A DNA stretch of 64,000 nucleotides from Rubrivivax sp. (lineage in GTDB: Bacteria; Pseudomonadota; Gammaproteobacteria; Burkholderiales; Burkholderiaceae_C), in contig JAIYCN010000233.1 in the NCBI GenBank assembly GCA_027487995.1, positions 16,168-80,167 of the forward strand, read 5' to 3'. A program made the position numbers and the translations under genes. Positions 46,727-55,832 of this stretch are shown one piece after another (the stretch's first letter is position 1; each line of letters opens with the position of its first letter). The notes below the pieces were generated by a model. It was not told the DNA's origin. It saw only the letters and a program-made list of their open reading frames with translations, and searched no databases.

Positions 46727-47833
46727 TCAGCTGCGGACTTCATAGACACCGAGCTTTCGGTGCAGTGGCGACTCGTCGGCGACGAAGAGGAACGCGGGTT
46801 CCGTGGTCGAGCGATTGGTCAGCGTCACGGCCTCATAGCCGGGCGTGCAGCAGGTGTCGGCTTCTGCCAGGGTGAATGTGTGCTCGGTTACCGCCAAATC
46901 TACGCGCCCTTCGATAACGTGGAATACCTGCGAAGGTGAGCGTGCGGGCAGCCGAAGCTGCTGAGCAGGGCGCAGCATCATCGCGTAGTAGCCCAGGTTG
47001 TTTTGTATGTGGTACCCGGTATCGGGGTTCACATAGGTGACCTGCACACAAGTCAGGCTTGGCTGGGTTTGCGCAAGCGCCTCCAGCGCGGCTCGCGCCT
47101 CCCGCCACGGATAGCGCAGCATCGGGTACTCAGCGCGGCCTCGCTCGAAGTAGGACGTGGGCACCAACCCGCCGTGCAGGTACACCTCGTCTCCGCGGCC
47201 GGTTTGCACAGTCTGGCGCTGACCTTCCACAGCGTACGAAACCTCCGAGTAGTACATCAGGGGCAAATCCAGCACATCAAGCCATACAACTGGGTCACTG
47301 CCACTGTGCTCGTGCTCGTGCCATTGCCCAGTGGGCGTCAGGATCAGGTCACCGCGCTCCATGGGGCACTTTTCGCCATTGACCGTGGTGGTAGCGCCGT
47401 GCCCCTCGACGATCATGCGCACCGCATTGGGCGTATGGCGGTGGGCGGGTGCCCACTCACCCGGCAGCAACAATTGCATGCCCAAGTACATGGCCGGACT
47501 GGCCTTCATGTTTTCAAGCCCATGGCCCGGATTGGCCAGCACCAATACACGGCGCTCGGCCTTGTGCATGGGAGTGAGCTCACCCGCCTGCATCAATAGG
47601 GGCTTGAGGGTGGTGTAGGGCCAGTGAGTGGGCCGGGTATTCCGGCTGGGGACCTGGGGCGGTAGCACCGAACGCAGGTTGGGCCACAGGGGCACCAGGT
47701 TCAGCCGGGTCAGTTGGTCGCGGTAGTCCTGCGGGAGGTCCTCAAGTCGTCCAAGTTCATGCACGTGTTGCCCTCCCCTCGCTGACCATACTGCCCAGTG
47801 AAACCGGTCTTCAAATCGTCCGAGTTCATGCAT
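46727..47833 (-). CDS. gentisate 1,2-dioxygenase (second copy)
   Basis: This bicupin is collinear with 32365-33405. The homologous start is the GTG at 47764 (VHELGRLEDLPQDYRD). The ATG at 47833 adds 23 codons created by a tandem duplication. Confidence 0.85.
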   Translation of the reverse strand: MHELGRFEDRFHWAVWSARGGQHVHELGRLEDLPQDYRDQLTRLNLVPLWPNLRSVLPPQVPSRNTRPTHWPYTTLKPLLMQAGELTPMHKAERRVLVLANPGHGLENMKASPAMYLGMQLLLPGEWAPAHRHTPNAVRMIVEGHGATTTVNGEKCPMERGDLILTPTGQWHEHEHSGSDPVVWLDVLDLPLMYYSEVSYAVEGQRQTVQTGRGDEVYLHGGLVPTSYFERGRAEYPMLRYPWREARAALEALAQTQPSLTCVQVTYVNPDTGYHIQNNLGYYAMMLRPAQQLRLPARSPSQVFHVIEGRVDLAVTEHTFTLAEADTCCTPGYEAVTLTNRSTTEPAFLFVADESPLHRKLGVYEVRS

Positions 47834-48129
47834 GTGTCGCCCGCCCCATCCTGACTACAGGATCCAGTGAAACCAGTTGATGCGAGAGCCCGGTGCAGGG
47901 CCCGCCGGCGATTTCGCCATGCACCGCTGCCAATTCGCTGGCAGATCAATTCGACGGCATGGTCGACACCCACACGGCGCAATGCCGCCAAGGATGGAAT
48001 GCCCACCTCACTCAGGCGCTCGACGACCTCAGGGCCGAGTAAAGGGGTGACATGGATCACCCTTCGGTCTTCCTCTGGCCATTCAGCCCCTGACTCGGAT
48101 CTCATCTGAGTCGATTTCATACTCGGCAC
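47710..48129 (-). CDS. TfoX C-terminal-like helix-hairpin-helix domain protein (3' end uncertain)
   Basis: The sequence is ...VTPLLGPEVVERLSEVGIPSLAALRRVGVDHAVELICQRIG. The ORF tail runs out of frame through the duplicated dioxygenase leader, so the real stop and functionality are unclear. Confidence 0.4.
   Translation of the reverse strand: MPSMKSTQMRSESGAEWPEEDRRVIHVTPLLGPEVVERLSEVGIPSLAALRRVGVDHAVELICQRIGSGAWRNRRRALHRALASTGFTGSCSQDGAGDTCMNSDDLKTGFTGQYGQRGEGNTCMNLDDLRTSRRTTATN
47741..47877 (-). repeat. tandem duplication (68 + 69 nt) of the dioxygenase start codon and leader
   Basis: Unit 1 (47741-47808) and unit 2 (47809-47877) align at about 80% identity. Each contains CGTCC[A/G]AGTTCATGCA[C/T]GTG and CCAGTGAAACC[G/A]GT. 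Confidence 0.8.
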
Positions 48130-48139
48130 TCATGCGGTC

Positions 48140-48181
48140 CCGAGCGGAATACCGTGATCTCGCGATCGGTATCCCGCTCGG
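48140..48181 (-). terminator. long hairpin downstream of the TonB-dependent receptor gene (no U-tract)
   Basis: CCGAGCGGAATACCG-N12-CGGTATCCCGCTCGG has 15-nt arms with one mismatch. It lies 22 nt after the receptor stop. Confidence 0.4.
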
Positions 48182-48202
48182 CCACGCAGATTCGAACTTA
48201 CG

Positions 48203-50662
48203 TCACAAGGAAGCCGAGAATGTGATGCCGACCGTTCTCGGATCTCCGATCAAGGCCTGCATCGTTCCTGAATTCACGAAGCTCGAGCGGTTCAGGTAGT
48301 ACAAGGCGTTGGTCGCGTTCTTGACCCACAGTTGCGTGGAGTAGCGCTGCTGGGGACCGAATCTCAGTCCGACTTGCGCGTTGTACAACGCATAGCCGTC
48401 GGCGCGCTGCAAGGCGTCGTTTTCCAGTGTGAAGAAGCGCGAGCCTCGGTAACTCACGTCGGCCCCTACCGTCATATCAACTCCCGAGGCGACCGCGAAC
48501 TGCCTGCGGGCGGCAACAGTGCCGGTGAGCTTGGGACTGTTGGTCAACTGCTTACCCGTGTAGTTGGTGCCTTCGACCTGGCCATTGAGAATCCGCGTCT
48601 GCAGCAAGCCCAGGTTGGCATCGATCGTCCAGCCGCTACCTGGCTTGATGTTGGTTTCCACCTCAAGCCCACGCACCTGCGATTTCGGCACATTGATCAC
48701 TGCCGCATACACCTCGCCGCCGATGGAACGAACCGACAGCAATTGCTGATCCTTGTAAGCATAGTTGTATGCCGTAAGGTTGAAGCGCACCGCACCGTTG
48801 GCCAGCGTGCTCTTGCTGCCCACTTCCGTGGCCGTCAGGGTCTCGGGCTTGGTGGGTGTAAAGAAACCGGGGTTGGGCAAGTTCGTAGTGGCCACGATGC
48901 TCGTGGCAGGTGCCGCGCTGAAGCTGCCAGCCTTGAAGCCTTCGGCCAAGTTGGCGAACACCATGTGATTGCGGTCAATCACATACTTGCCGCCCAGCTT
49001 CCAGCCTTGGCGATTCCAACTGGCCGCGTAGGGGGTGGCCAAGTAGGTGTTAGATCCTGTGGCTCCGGCGAATCCCTGCACGAACGGCGTGCTCAGCAGG
49101 CGCGTCGTGGAAATCGGGTTCTGCCCGGTGATGGGGGACAGCGCCGCCAATGTGTTGGCGTCCAGCAGGCTTCGGCGCACGGACGTGTTGGCGCCGTCGA
49201 TCTCTTCAGACGTCAAGCGCAAGCCGAAGGTGGCCGTGAACTGCTTGGTGAGGTCGTGTTCGAGTTCACCGTAAAGCGACTTGACCGTGTTGGCCTGGTC
49301 CAGCTGAGTGGAGAAGATTCGACGGTCAGGGCGGAAGTACTGGGCTGAAGTGGTGCTGCCGAGCAGGTTCTCTTTGAAGAGGAACACTCCACCAATCCAG
49401 CGCGTAGCCTGTTGCGAGGGCGAGGTGAGGCGCAGTTCCTGGCTGTACTGCTTGGCCTGGCTGGTTTGGAAGAAGTCAAAGCCGAAGGTCGTCAGCGACT
49501 GGGGGCCGGCATCGATATCTTCAGCCTTGCGGTACTGATTGGCCTCGTAGGCGGTGATGGATGTCAGTCGAACCGCGTTCGGGAACTGGTGATTCACAAC
49601 AATCGAAGAACCCCGCGCGCTGACCGCTTCGATCGGCTTGCTCAGGCTGGCGCTGAACGTGGTGAGATCCTTGGGATCGGACGGAGCGCCGGTACGGCTC
49701 ACGCAGGTCGAACCTAAGCCCACGCGATCCGGCGGGCACAACAAGGCCGCATTGGTGGCCGCATTGCCTGCTGCGGTCTGTAGCCCGAGCATCTTCCAGA
49801 GTTTGTTCGTCTGGTCCACCTCCTCGGCGTGAACCTTCACCAGGACACTGGTAGCCGCGCTCGGCTCAAAGAGAAGCTGGAAACGACCCGCCTGGTTGTT
49901 GCGGTTGTAGACCTTCTCGCCCGTGGTGCGGTTGTCGTAGAGCCCGTCGCGCTTCTGTGACAGGATGGCCACTCGGGCCGCAGCCGACTTGCCCAGGTCG
50001 AAGCCAACGGCAGTGTCGACATCGAACTGACCATAGCTGCCGAAGGTCAGCGCCGCGCGCCCGTTCAAGCCCTCGCCCACAACGGGCTTGGCAGAGATGT
50101 AGTTGATGGCACCACCCGTGGTGTTGCGACCGTAGAGGGTGTTTTGTGGGCCACGAAGCACCTCCACTCGCTCCAGGTCAAACAGTTGCAGCACGTTGAC
50201 GATGGGGGAATTCAGGGAGACCTCGTCTGAGTAGACGCCCACCGCACTGACCTGGTTAATGCCGGGCCCCTTGGTTCCGATGCCGCGGATGTAGATGTTG
50301 GCATTGGTCGAGCCGTTGTTCAGCGTCAGGTCGGTGCTGGGGACCCGGGACAGCAGTTCCTGTGAATTGGAGATGCCAAGCTCAGTCAACGCCGCACCGC
50401 TGATTGCTGAGACGGGCACCGCAACGTCTTGAATGCCGCCGAGGCGCTTGGTGGCCGTGATCATGACGGTGTCCGTGTCACCCTTCTTGGCGTTTGAGCC
50501 TTGCGAAGCCGCTGCACTCGACGACGATCCTGTTTCGGTCTTGGCCTGAGGCTGCGAGGTCGACTGCGCATAGGCGCCTGCGGCAAGCGAAAGGGCCACG
50601 GCATTGGCCACGATGGTTCGCTTCAAAAGCGTGCTTCCCCGGGGGAGCCAATCGGTTTGCAT
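48203..50662 (-). CDS. TonB-dependent outer-membrane receptor
   Basis: The 819-aa ORF has a signal peptide, a plug region (VMITATKR...), and a beta-barrel with a terminal aromatic residue context (...ITFSASL). Confidence 0.9.
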   Translation of the reverse strand: MQTDWLPRGSTLLKRTIVANAVALSLAAGAYAQSTSQPQAKTETGSSSSAAASQGSNAKKGDTDTVMITATKRLGGIQDVAVPVSAISGAALTELGISNSQELLSRVPSTDLTLNNGSTNANIYIRGIGTKGPGINQVSAVGVYSDEVSLNSPIVNVLQLFDLERVEVLRGPQNTLYGRNTTGGAINYISAKPVVGEGLNGRAALTFGSYGQFDVDTAVGFDLGKSAAARVAILSQKRDGLYDNRTTGEKVYNRNNQAGRFQLLFEPSAATSVLVKVHAEEVDQTNKLWKMLGLQTAAGNAATNAALLCPPDRVGLGSTCVSRTGAPSDPKDLTTFSASLSKPIEAVSARGSSIVVNHQFPNAVRLTSITAYEANQYRKAEDIDAGPQSLTTFGFDFFQTSQAKQYSQELRLTSPSQQATRWIGGVFLFKENLLGSTTSAQYFRPDRRIFSTQLDQANTVKSLYGELEHDLTKQFTATFGLRLTSEEIDGANTSVRRSLLDANTLAALSPITGQNPISTTRLLSTPFVQGFAGATGSNTYLATPYAASWNRQGWKLGGKYVIDRNHMVFANLAEGFKAGSFSAAPATSIVATTNLPNPGFFTPTKPETLTATEVGSKSTLANGAVRFNLTAYNYAYKDQQLLSVRSIGGEVYAAVINVPKSQVRGLEVETNIKPGSGWTIDANLGLLQTRILNGQVEGTNYTGKQLTNSPKLTGTVAARRQFAVASGVDMTVGADVSYRGSRFFTLENDALQRADGYALYNAQVGLRFGPQQRYSTQLWVKNATNALYYLNRSSFVNSGTMQALIGDPRTVGITFSASL

Positions 50663-50934
50663 GCTGATCTCCTCTTCAGTTCAGCGGACTTAATGGGCGG
50701 GTGAACTCGGCCAGCGAACCCCATTTCATGCACCCCAGAGGGAACGAATTGGGCAACGTGGTTTCTTTATTGTTAACCTAGTCACTGAATACGAAACTCG
50801 TGCAAACCCTAGATGACAACATGTACAACGCCAGAACAATGGCACAGGCCCATCTGTTTGTCGGAATCGCGTTTTGTCGTTTCTCTTTGAATAACCGCGT
50901 TTCCAATTTTTGAAGCACCCAACCCCAGCGATCG

Positions 50935-52239
50935 ATGAAGGATTCACCCACTGTCCGATCGGTGCCCGCGCCCGCCGACAAGAACACCACGCCGTGGCGC
51001 GTCGTGGTGATGTGTGCGCTGTTGATGATGCTGGACGGCTACGACCTTTCGGTCATGGGCTTGGCTCTGCCTGCAGTCGCACAAGCGTGGTCGCTCGAGC
51101 CCTCTGCCTTCCGATGGGCGCTGTCGGCCTCCCTCGTAGGGGTGGGCGTCGGCTCGGTGCTCGCCGGCCTGCTGGGCGATCGCTTCGGCCGCAAGACGAC
51201 CCTGCTGGGCATGTTCAGCTTTGGTGGGGCAGTCAGTTTGGCCACCATGAGCACCACCAGCATCGATCAACTGGTCATCTGGCGTTTCCTGGTGGGCGTA
51301 GGGATGGGCGGTGCGATCCCGAACGTCATCGCACTCGTCAGTGAGCTGGTTCCTGAAAAGAGGCGCAATCTGATGGTCGTGGTGGTCTACAGCGGCGCGG
51401 CCCTCGGTGGAGCGATGGGCAGTCTGCTCGCTTCGGTGGTGATACCGGCCTACGGATGGCCCTCCGTATTCCTCTTTGGTGGCGCCGCGCCGCTTCTGTT
51501 GGCCGTGGTGGCGTGGCGCGTGATTCCAGAGTCGCCGGCCTTCCTGTTGGCAAGGCAGACTGCCAAGAAGGCGGCCGCCCTCTCATTGGGCAGTGAGCCC
51601 CACACGGATCCATCGCGAGAGGCTCAATCGGGCGTTTTGGCGCTCTTCCAAGAGGGCCGCACCCGGACGACCCTGCTGCTGTGGGTGCTGTTCATCTGCA
51701 CCCAAGCGATGGTGTTCTTTGTGCAGAGTTGGTACGTCACGCTCTTGGAGCGCAGCGGAATACCGTTGGATGGCGTCCTGCGGACGTTCTCGCTGTGGGA
51801 CTTCGGTGCCCTCATCGGCGGTGTGGCTGTGGCCGCGCTGTCGAGTCGAATGCCGCTGGAGCGACTGCTCGCGGTGGCTTACCTGGCGGCAGCTGCCTGC
51901 TTGGTGTCACTAGGACAGATACAAAACTTGTCCATCATCACCAGCATCGTGACGTTCCTGACCGGCTTCTCCGTTGTAGGTGCATCACTATGCCTGGGTG
52001 CCTTGGCTGCAAGCCACTACCCACCGGCCATTCGTGCCTCCGGCGTGGGTCTGGGTTTGGGTGTAGGGCGCGTGGGTGCAGTGCTCAGCCCGCTGTTGGC
52101 GGGGTCGGCGTTGTCGGCGGGATGGAGCAATGCTCAGATCTTTTCTGCCGCCGTTGCGCCGGCAATCGTGGCGGCCTTGGCCGTCATCGCCCTGGCCACC
52201 ACACGACGTGCGCCGTCCACACCATCGCAATTCGAGTAG
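50935..52239 (+). CDS. MFS transporter, aromatic acid:H+ symporter-like
   Basis: The 434-aa ORF has about 12 TM segments. LDGYDLSVMG...GLLGDRFGRKTTL is typical of PcaK/MhbT-type transporters. Confidence 0.85.
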   Translation: MKDSPTVRSVPAPADKNTTPWRVVVMCALLMMLDGYDLSVMGLALPAVAQAWSLEPSAFRWALSASLVGVGVGSVLAGLLGDRFGRKTTLLGMFSFGGAVSLATMSTTSIDQLVIWRFLVGVGMGGAIPNVIALVSELVPEKRRNLMVVVVYSGAALGGAMGSLLASVVIPAYGWPSVFLFGGAAPLLLAVVAWRVIPESPAFLLARQTAKKAAALSLGSEPHTDPSREAQSGVLALFQEGRTRTTLLLWVLFICTQAMVFFVQSWYVTLLERSGIPLDGVLRTFSLWDFGALIGGVAVAALSSRMPLERLLAVAYLAAAACLVSLGQIQNLSIITSIVTFLTGFSVVGASLCLGALAASHYPPAIRASGVGLGLGVGRVGAVLSPLLAGSALSAGWSNAQIFSAAVAPAIVAALAVIALATTRRAPSTPSQFE

Positions 52240-52247
52240 GTCTGTTC

Positions 52248-53945
52248 ATGAGCATCCCATCTGTTGGCCGATTGGCTCTGCTGTGCCTCGCGCTGACGGG
52301 CATGGCCAGCGCCGCCCATGCTCTTCGTTTCACTGAGGCACCCAAGGTATCGCAGAACCCCAACCCGCGCGCGCCCCTGGCTGCCGTGTTAACGGTGGCG
52401 ACCGACAAGGCCGCCGCCATTGAAGTCGCCATGGACGATGGGCGCGACCAGTGGACCCTGCGCTTTAAACCCGGCAGCCCATCGGCACAGCTACCCATCG
52501 TGGGTATGCGCCCAGGCATCGAACATCGCTTGACGGTGACCGCCATAGGCACCGATGGCGCCCGCGCGCAGGCTGGCGAAGTGCTGCGCTACCGCCCACC
52601 GCCCCTACCTTCGGACGCGCTGGAGTTCCCCCGACTGCAAGTGCATCGAGTGGAGCCCACTCAGATGGAGCCAGGCATTACTCTGGCCACCGTACGTCGC
52701 CGCGCACTGGGTCGCTCAGAGTTGATGACAGCAGCGCAGCGGCAATTCACCGTGGGCTGGGCGCTCATCCTGGGGCTCAATAGCCGCGGGGAAGTCGTCT
52801 GGTACTACCGATCGGACTCCCGCATTTCCGGCGTGGCCACGCTAGCCAATGGCAACATCTTTTTCCACACGGCGCAGTTCAGCCCAGTGGAGATCGACGT
52901 CCTGGGCAATGAAGTGCGACGTTGGGGAGCCGCAAAAGGCCCGCGCCCAATGCCGCCGCGGTCCATACCCGTGGACGCAGTGACGCTGCACCATCAGCCC
53001 GAGGAAATGCCCAATGGCAACTTCCTTTCGCTTGAGGCCGTGCCGCGTGTCATCGAGAACTACTACACCAGCGAACACGATGCCCGTGCACCGCGCGCCA
53101 CTCAAACGGTGATGGGGGACCGGATCATCGAGTTCACGCCGGAAGGCCGCGTCGTTTGGACTTGGGATGCCTTCGACTACTTGGATCCCTTCAAGATCGG
53201 GTTTGACACCTTCTGGTCCTACTGGACGGTACGGGGCTTTCCGGGTGCGGTGGACTGGACCCATGGCAACGGCGTGCACCATGACGCCCGCGACGACTCG
53301 GTACTCGTGTCTTTCCGTAATCTGGATGCCGTCATCAAGATCGACCGCAAGACCAAGGCGATCAAATGGATCCTGTCGCGGGATGTGGGTTGGTCACCCG
53401 CGCTGCGGCAGAAGCTGCTCAGGCCGGTGGGCGAGAACTTCCAGTACCCCAGTCATCAGCACAACCCTCGGGTGACGCCCGACGGACACATCGTTGTCTT
53501 CAACAACAACGTACACCAAGCCATACCCTTCACAGGTGAGGTATCCAAGCCAGCCAGCGAATCCTTCAGCAACGCACTGGTCTACGAGATCGACGATAAG
53601 GCCATGACGGCACGCGTCACCTTCGCCACGCCGATGCGCGGCGACGTATCGTGCAACTCGTTTGCGATGGGCGATGCCCATGTGCTGCCCAAGACGCGTA
53701 ATGTGCTGGTGGCCTTCTCCCTGTGCTTCCCTGGGTTGACCATCGAGACATGGGACCAGCGGGATCGCAGCAAGGTTTATGCGGACGACCTGCCTTCATC
53801 GCCCCGGATTCGCGAATTCAGGAAGTCAGATCCACTCAAGCCGGTGCTGGACATTGAGTTTCAACCGGCACATCAGATCTACCAGCTGGAGGTCTTCGGG
53901 GTTCACCGCGTACCCTCGCTGCTCCTGGGGAACGCGCATCCCTGA
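52248..53945 (+). CDS. periplasmic aryl-sulfate sulfotransferase (ASST family)
   Basis: I take MSIPSVGRLALLCLALTGMASAAHA (signal peptide) as the start, inside ORF 51681-53945. The sequence ...VDWTHGNGVHHDARDDSVLVSFRNLDAVIKIDRKTKAIKWIL is ASST beta-propeller-like. Confidence 0.75.
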   Translation: MSIPSVGRLALLCLALTGMASAAHALRFTEAPKVSQNPNPRAPLAAVLTVATDKAAAIEVAMDDGRDQWTLRFKPGSPSAQLPIVGMRPGIEHRLTVTAIGTDGARAQAGEVLRYRPPPLPSDALEFPRLQVHRVEPTQMEPGITLATVRRRALGRSELMTAAQRQFTVGWALILGLNSRGEVVWYYRSDSRISGVATLANGNIFFHTAQFSPVEIDVLGNEVRRWGAAKGPRPMPPRSIPVDAVTLHHQPEEMPNGNFLSLEAVPRVIENYYTSEHDARAPRATQTVMGDRIIEFTPEGRVVWTWDAFDYLDPFKIGFDTFWSYWTVRGFPGAVDWTHGNGVHHDARDDSVLVSFRNLDAVIKIDRKTKAIKWILSRDVGWSPALRQKLLRPVGENFQYPSHQHNPRVTPDGHIVVFNNNVHQAIPFTGEVSKPASESFSNALVYEIDDKAMTARVTFATPMRGDVSCNSFAMGDAHVLPKTRNVLVAFSLCFPGLTIETWDQRDRSKVYADDLPSSPRIREFRKSDPLKPVLDIEFQPAHQIYQLEVFGVHRVPSLLLGNAHP

Positions 53946-53984
53946 TCATTGCGTAACCTGCCCTCTTGTGGGGGCAGGTTCGCT

Positions 53985-54485
53985 TCAGCCCCCGATGAGT
54001 TCGAGCGTGAAGCCCTGTGCGTCGCGTATGTAGGCCACACGCCGGCCTGCGAAGGGCCCCCCGGTCAGCGGCTGAATACCACCGGCCACATCGAATCCCC
54101 ACGCAGCAGCCCGGTCGATCACATCCTGCACCGATTCCACGTCAAGTGCCAAGTGGGCCGCGCCAATGTCACATGGCCTAGGCGCACGCGTGGTCGCCGA
54201 GTCCGGTGCGCTGTATTCCAACAGCTCCACCACCGCGCCGCAAGGTGAGGTGACCATCACCACTCGGGCCGCGGCATCGGCTATCCCCGTGATGGTCGGC
54301 AGGGTTGGCCCAGGCGGAATTTGTCGCACGGGCGCCGAGGTGAAACCCAATACCTCCACAAGGAAGGACACCATGTGCTCGAGTCGGTGCACCGTCATCC
54401 CGGTGTGAATGATGCGCCGCACGGGTAGCCCTGCGGCTGACGAAAACTCAAGGGGGTTACCCGACTGGAGGCCCGAATGGATCAT
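53985..54485 (-). CDS. VOC (glyoxalase/extradiol dioxygenase) family protein
   Basis: The 166-aa ORF contains ...IIHTGMTVHRLEHMVSFLVEVLGF...HLALDVESV. Confidence 0.7.
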   Translation of the reverse strand: MIHSGLQSGNPLEFSSAAGLPVRRIIHTGMTVHRLEHMVSFLVEVLGFTSAPVRQIPPGPTLPTITGIADAAARVVMVTSPCGAVVELLEYSAPDSATTRAPRPCDIGAAHLALDVESVQDVIDRAAAWGFDVAGGIQPLTGGPFAGRRVAYIRDAQGFTLELIGG

Positions 54486-54498
54486 CTGCCGGGGCTCC

Positions 54499-55677
54499 TC
54501 ACTGCAGGCTGACCGTGAGAGGGTCGTAGGGGTAGAGCCACTCGTTGCGTGACTTGGCGATGTTCCGGTCGTGGAAGGCCTGCCGCATTTCCTGCGCGTT
54601 ATCGATTTGGTAGAGACTGCCCATTTCAGAGGACTCTCGAACGATCCTCGTGGTGCGCGGGGCGCGGTGCTCGTGATAAGTCTTTAAAGCCTGCGAAAGG
54701 TTCAGGTTCGGCCCGTCCAAGACTCGTGTGAGCACGGCGGCGTCTTCGATGGCCATGGCTGCGCCCTGCGCCATATAGGGCAAGGTGGAGTGCACTGCGT
54801 CTCCCAACAGGGTCACACGTTCGGTGCTCCACACCGTGGCGGGTTCGCGGCTGTTGAGCGCCCATCGATAGCACTGATCCCTGTCTGCGGATTCGATCAC
54901 TGCGCGGACCATCGGATGCCAACCGGTGTAGTCGTCGCTCAACTCCTGCCAGGGGCGCGCCGAAGTCCAGGACTCCTCCTCCCACGGGCGCGCCATGCAA
55001 CCCACAAAGTTCAGAAGACGACCACCCCTCAGGTAGTACATCACCCCGTGATTGCGAGGCCCGCACCACACCGTGGATACCACTGGCGGACGTTGATCCA
55101 CAGCAATGCGTTCAGTGGGCACCGTTACGCGCCACGCCACTTGGCCGGTGAAGACCGGCTTGTCGGCACCCAAGACATGCTGCCGAACGACTGACTTCAC
55201 GCCATCGGCCCCCACGACCAGATCCGCCTTGAAGGTTCGACCGTCGCTGGTGGTGACCGCCGCACCGTTTGCATCCTCATGCACGGACTGCACCCGGCAA
55301 TTGAGTTCGATCGCACCGGGCTGCCGCATCAGCACCGTGTCGACCAGGGCAGCATGAAGGTCCACTCGGTGCATCTGGTAATAGCAGGCACCATGGCGCT
55401 CCAAGTGCGAGATGCCAAGAGGAATGCGGTGGAGAAGTTCCCCGGTATTGAATCGGCGGAACTCGAAGGCCTCAGGCTTGACACCCTTCGCCTCAAGTGT
55501 GGGCTCGACACCGACCGCCTTGAGTACCTTGACGGCATTGGCACTCATCTGGATACCGGCCCCCACCTCACCCAGCTGGGACGCCTGCTCCAACACCCGG
55601 ACCCGATAGCCCTTGGCCAAAAGCAAGGAGGCCGCCGTCAGTCCTCCGATCCCGGCCCCCACGATCACGATGTCCAT
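54499..55677 (-). CDS. FAD-dependent aromatic-ring hydroxylase (salicylate / 3-hydroxybenzoate hydroxylase-like)
   Basis: I take MDIVIVGAGIGGLTAA as the start. The LLGDAVHSTLPYMAQGAAMAIEDA motif is present. Confidence 0.85.
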   Translation of the reverse strand: MDIVIVGAGIGGLTAASLLLAKGYRVRVLEQASQLGEVGAGIQMSANAVKVLKAVGVEPTLEAKGVKPEAFEFRRFNTGELLHRIPLGISHLERHGACYYQMHRVDLHAALVDTVLMRQPGAIELNCRVQSVHEDANGAAVTTSDGRTFKADLVVGADGVKSVVRQHVLGADKPVFTGQVAWRVTVPTERIAVDQRPPVVSTVWCGPRNHGVMYYLRGGRLLNFVGCMARPWEEESWTSARPWQELSDDYTGWHPMVRAVIESADRDQCYRWALNSREPATVWSTERVTLLGDAVHSTLPYMAQGAAMAIEDAAVLTRVLDGPNLNLSQALKTYHEHRAPRTTRIVRESSEMGSLYQIDNAQEMRQAFHDRNIAKSRNEWLYPYDPLTVSLQ

Positions 55678-55832
55678 CGAAGCGCGCCTGTCTGCCCAAC
55701 CGGGCCTTTCCATTGATGATGAAACGGTCAGAGTCGACCTAGTGTTGCTTCATTATCAATGGAATTGCTCAAAGTGCAAATCCCATGGCATGGCCATGTG
55801 GAGCGATGCAAGGCCTGTAAGGCGCGGTGACG

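Noticed and set aside
51681-52247. An N-terminal 189-codon extension of the arylsulfotransferase ORF.
   Set aside because: It lies entirely within the MFS transporter gene in another frame. The internal ATG at 52248 gives a canonical signal peptide 8 nt after the MFS stop.
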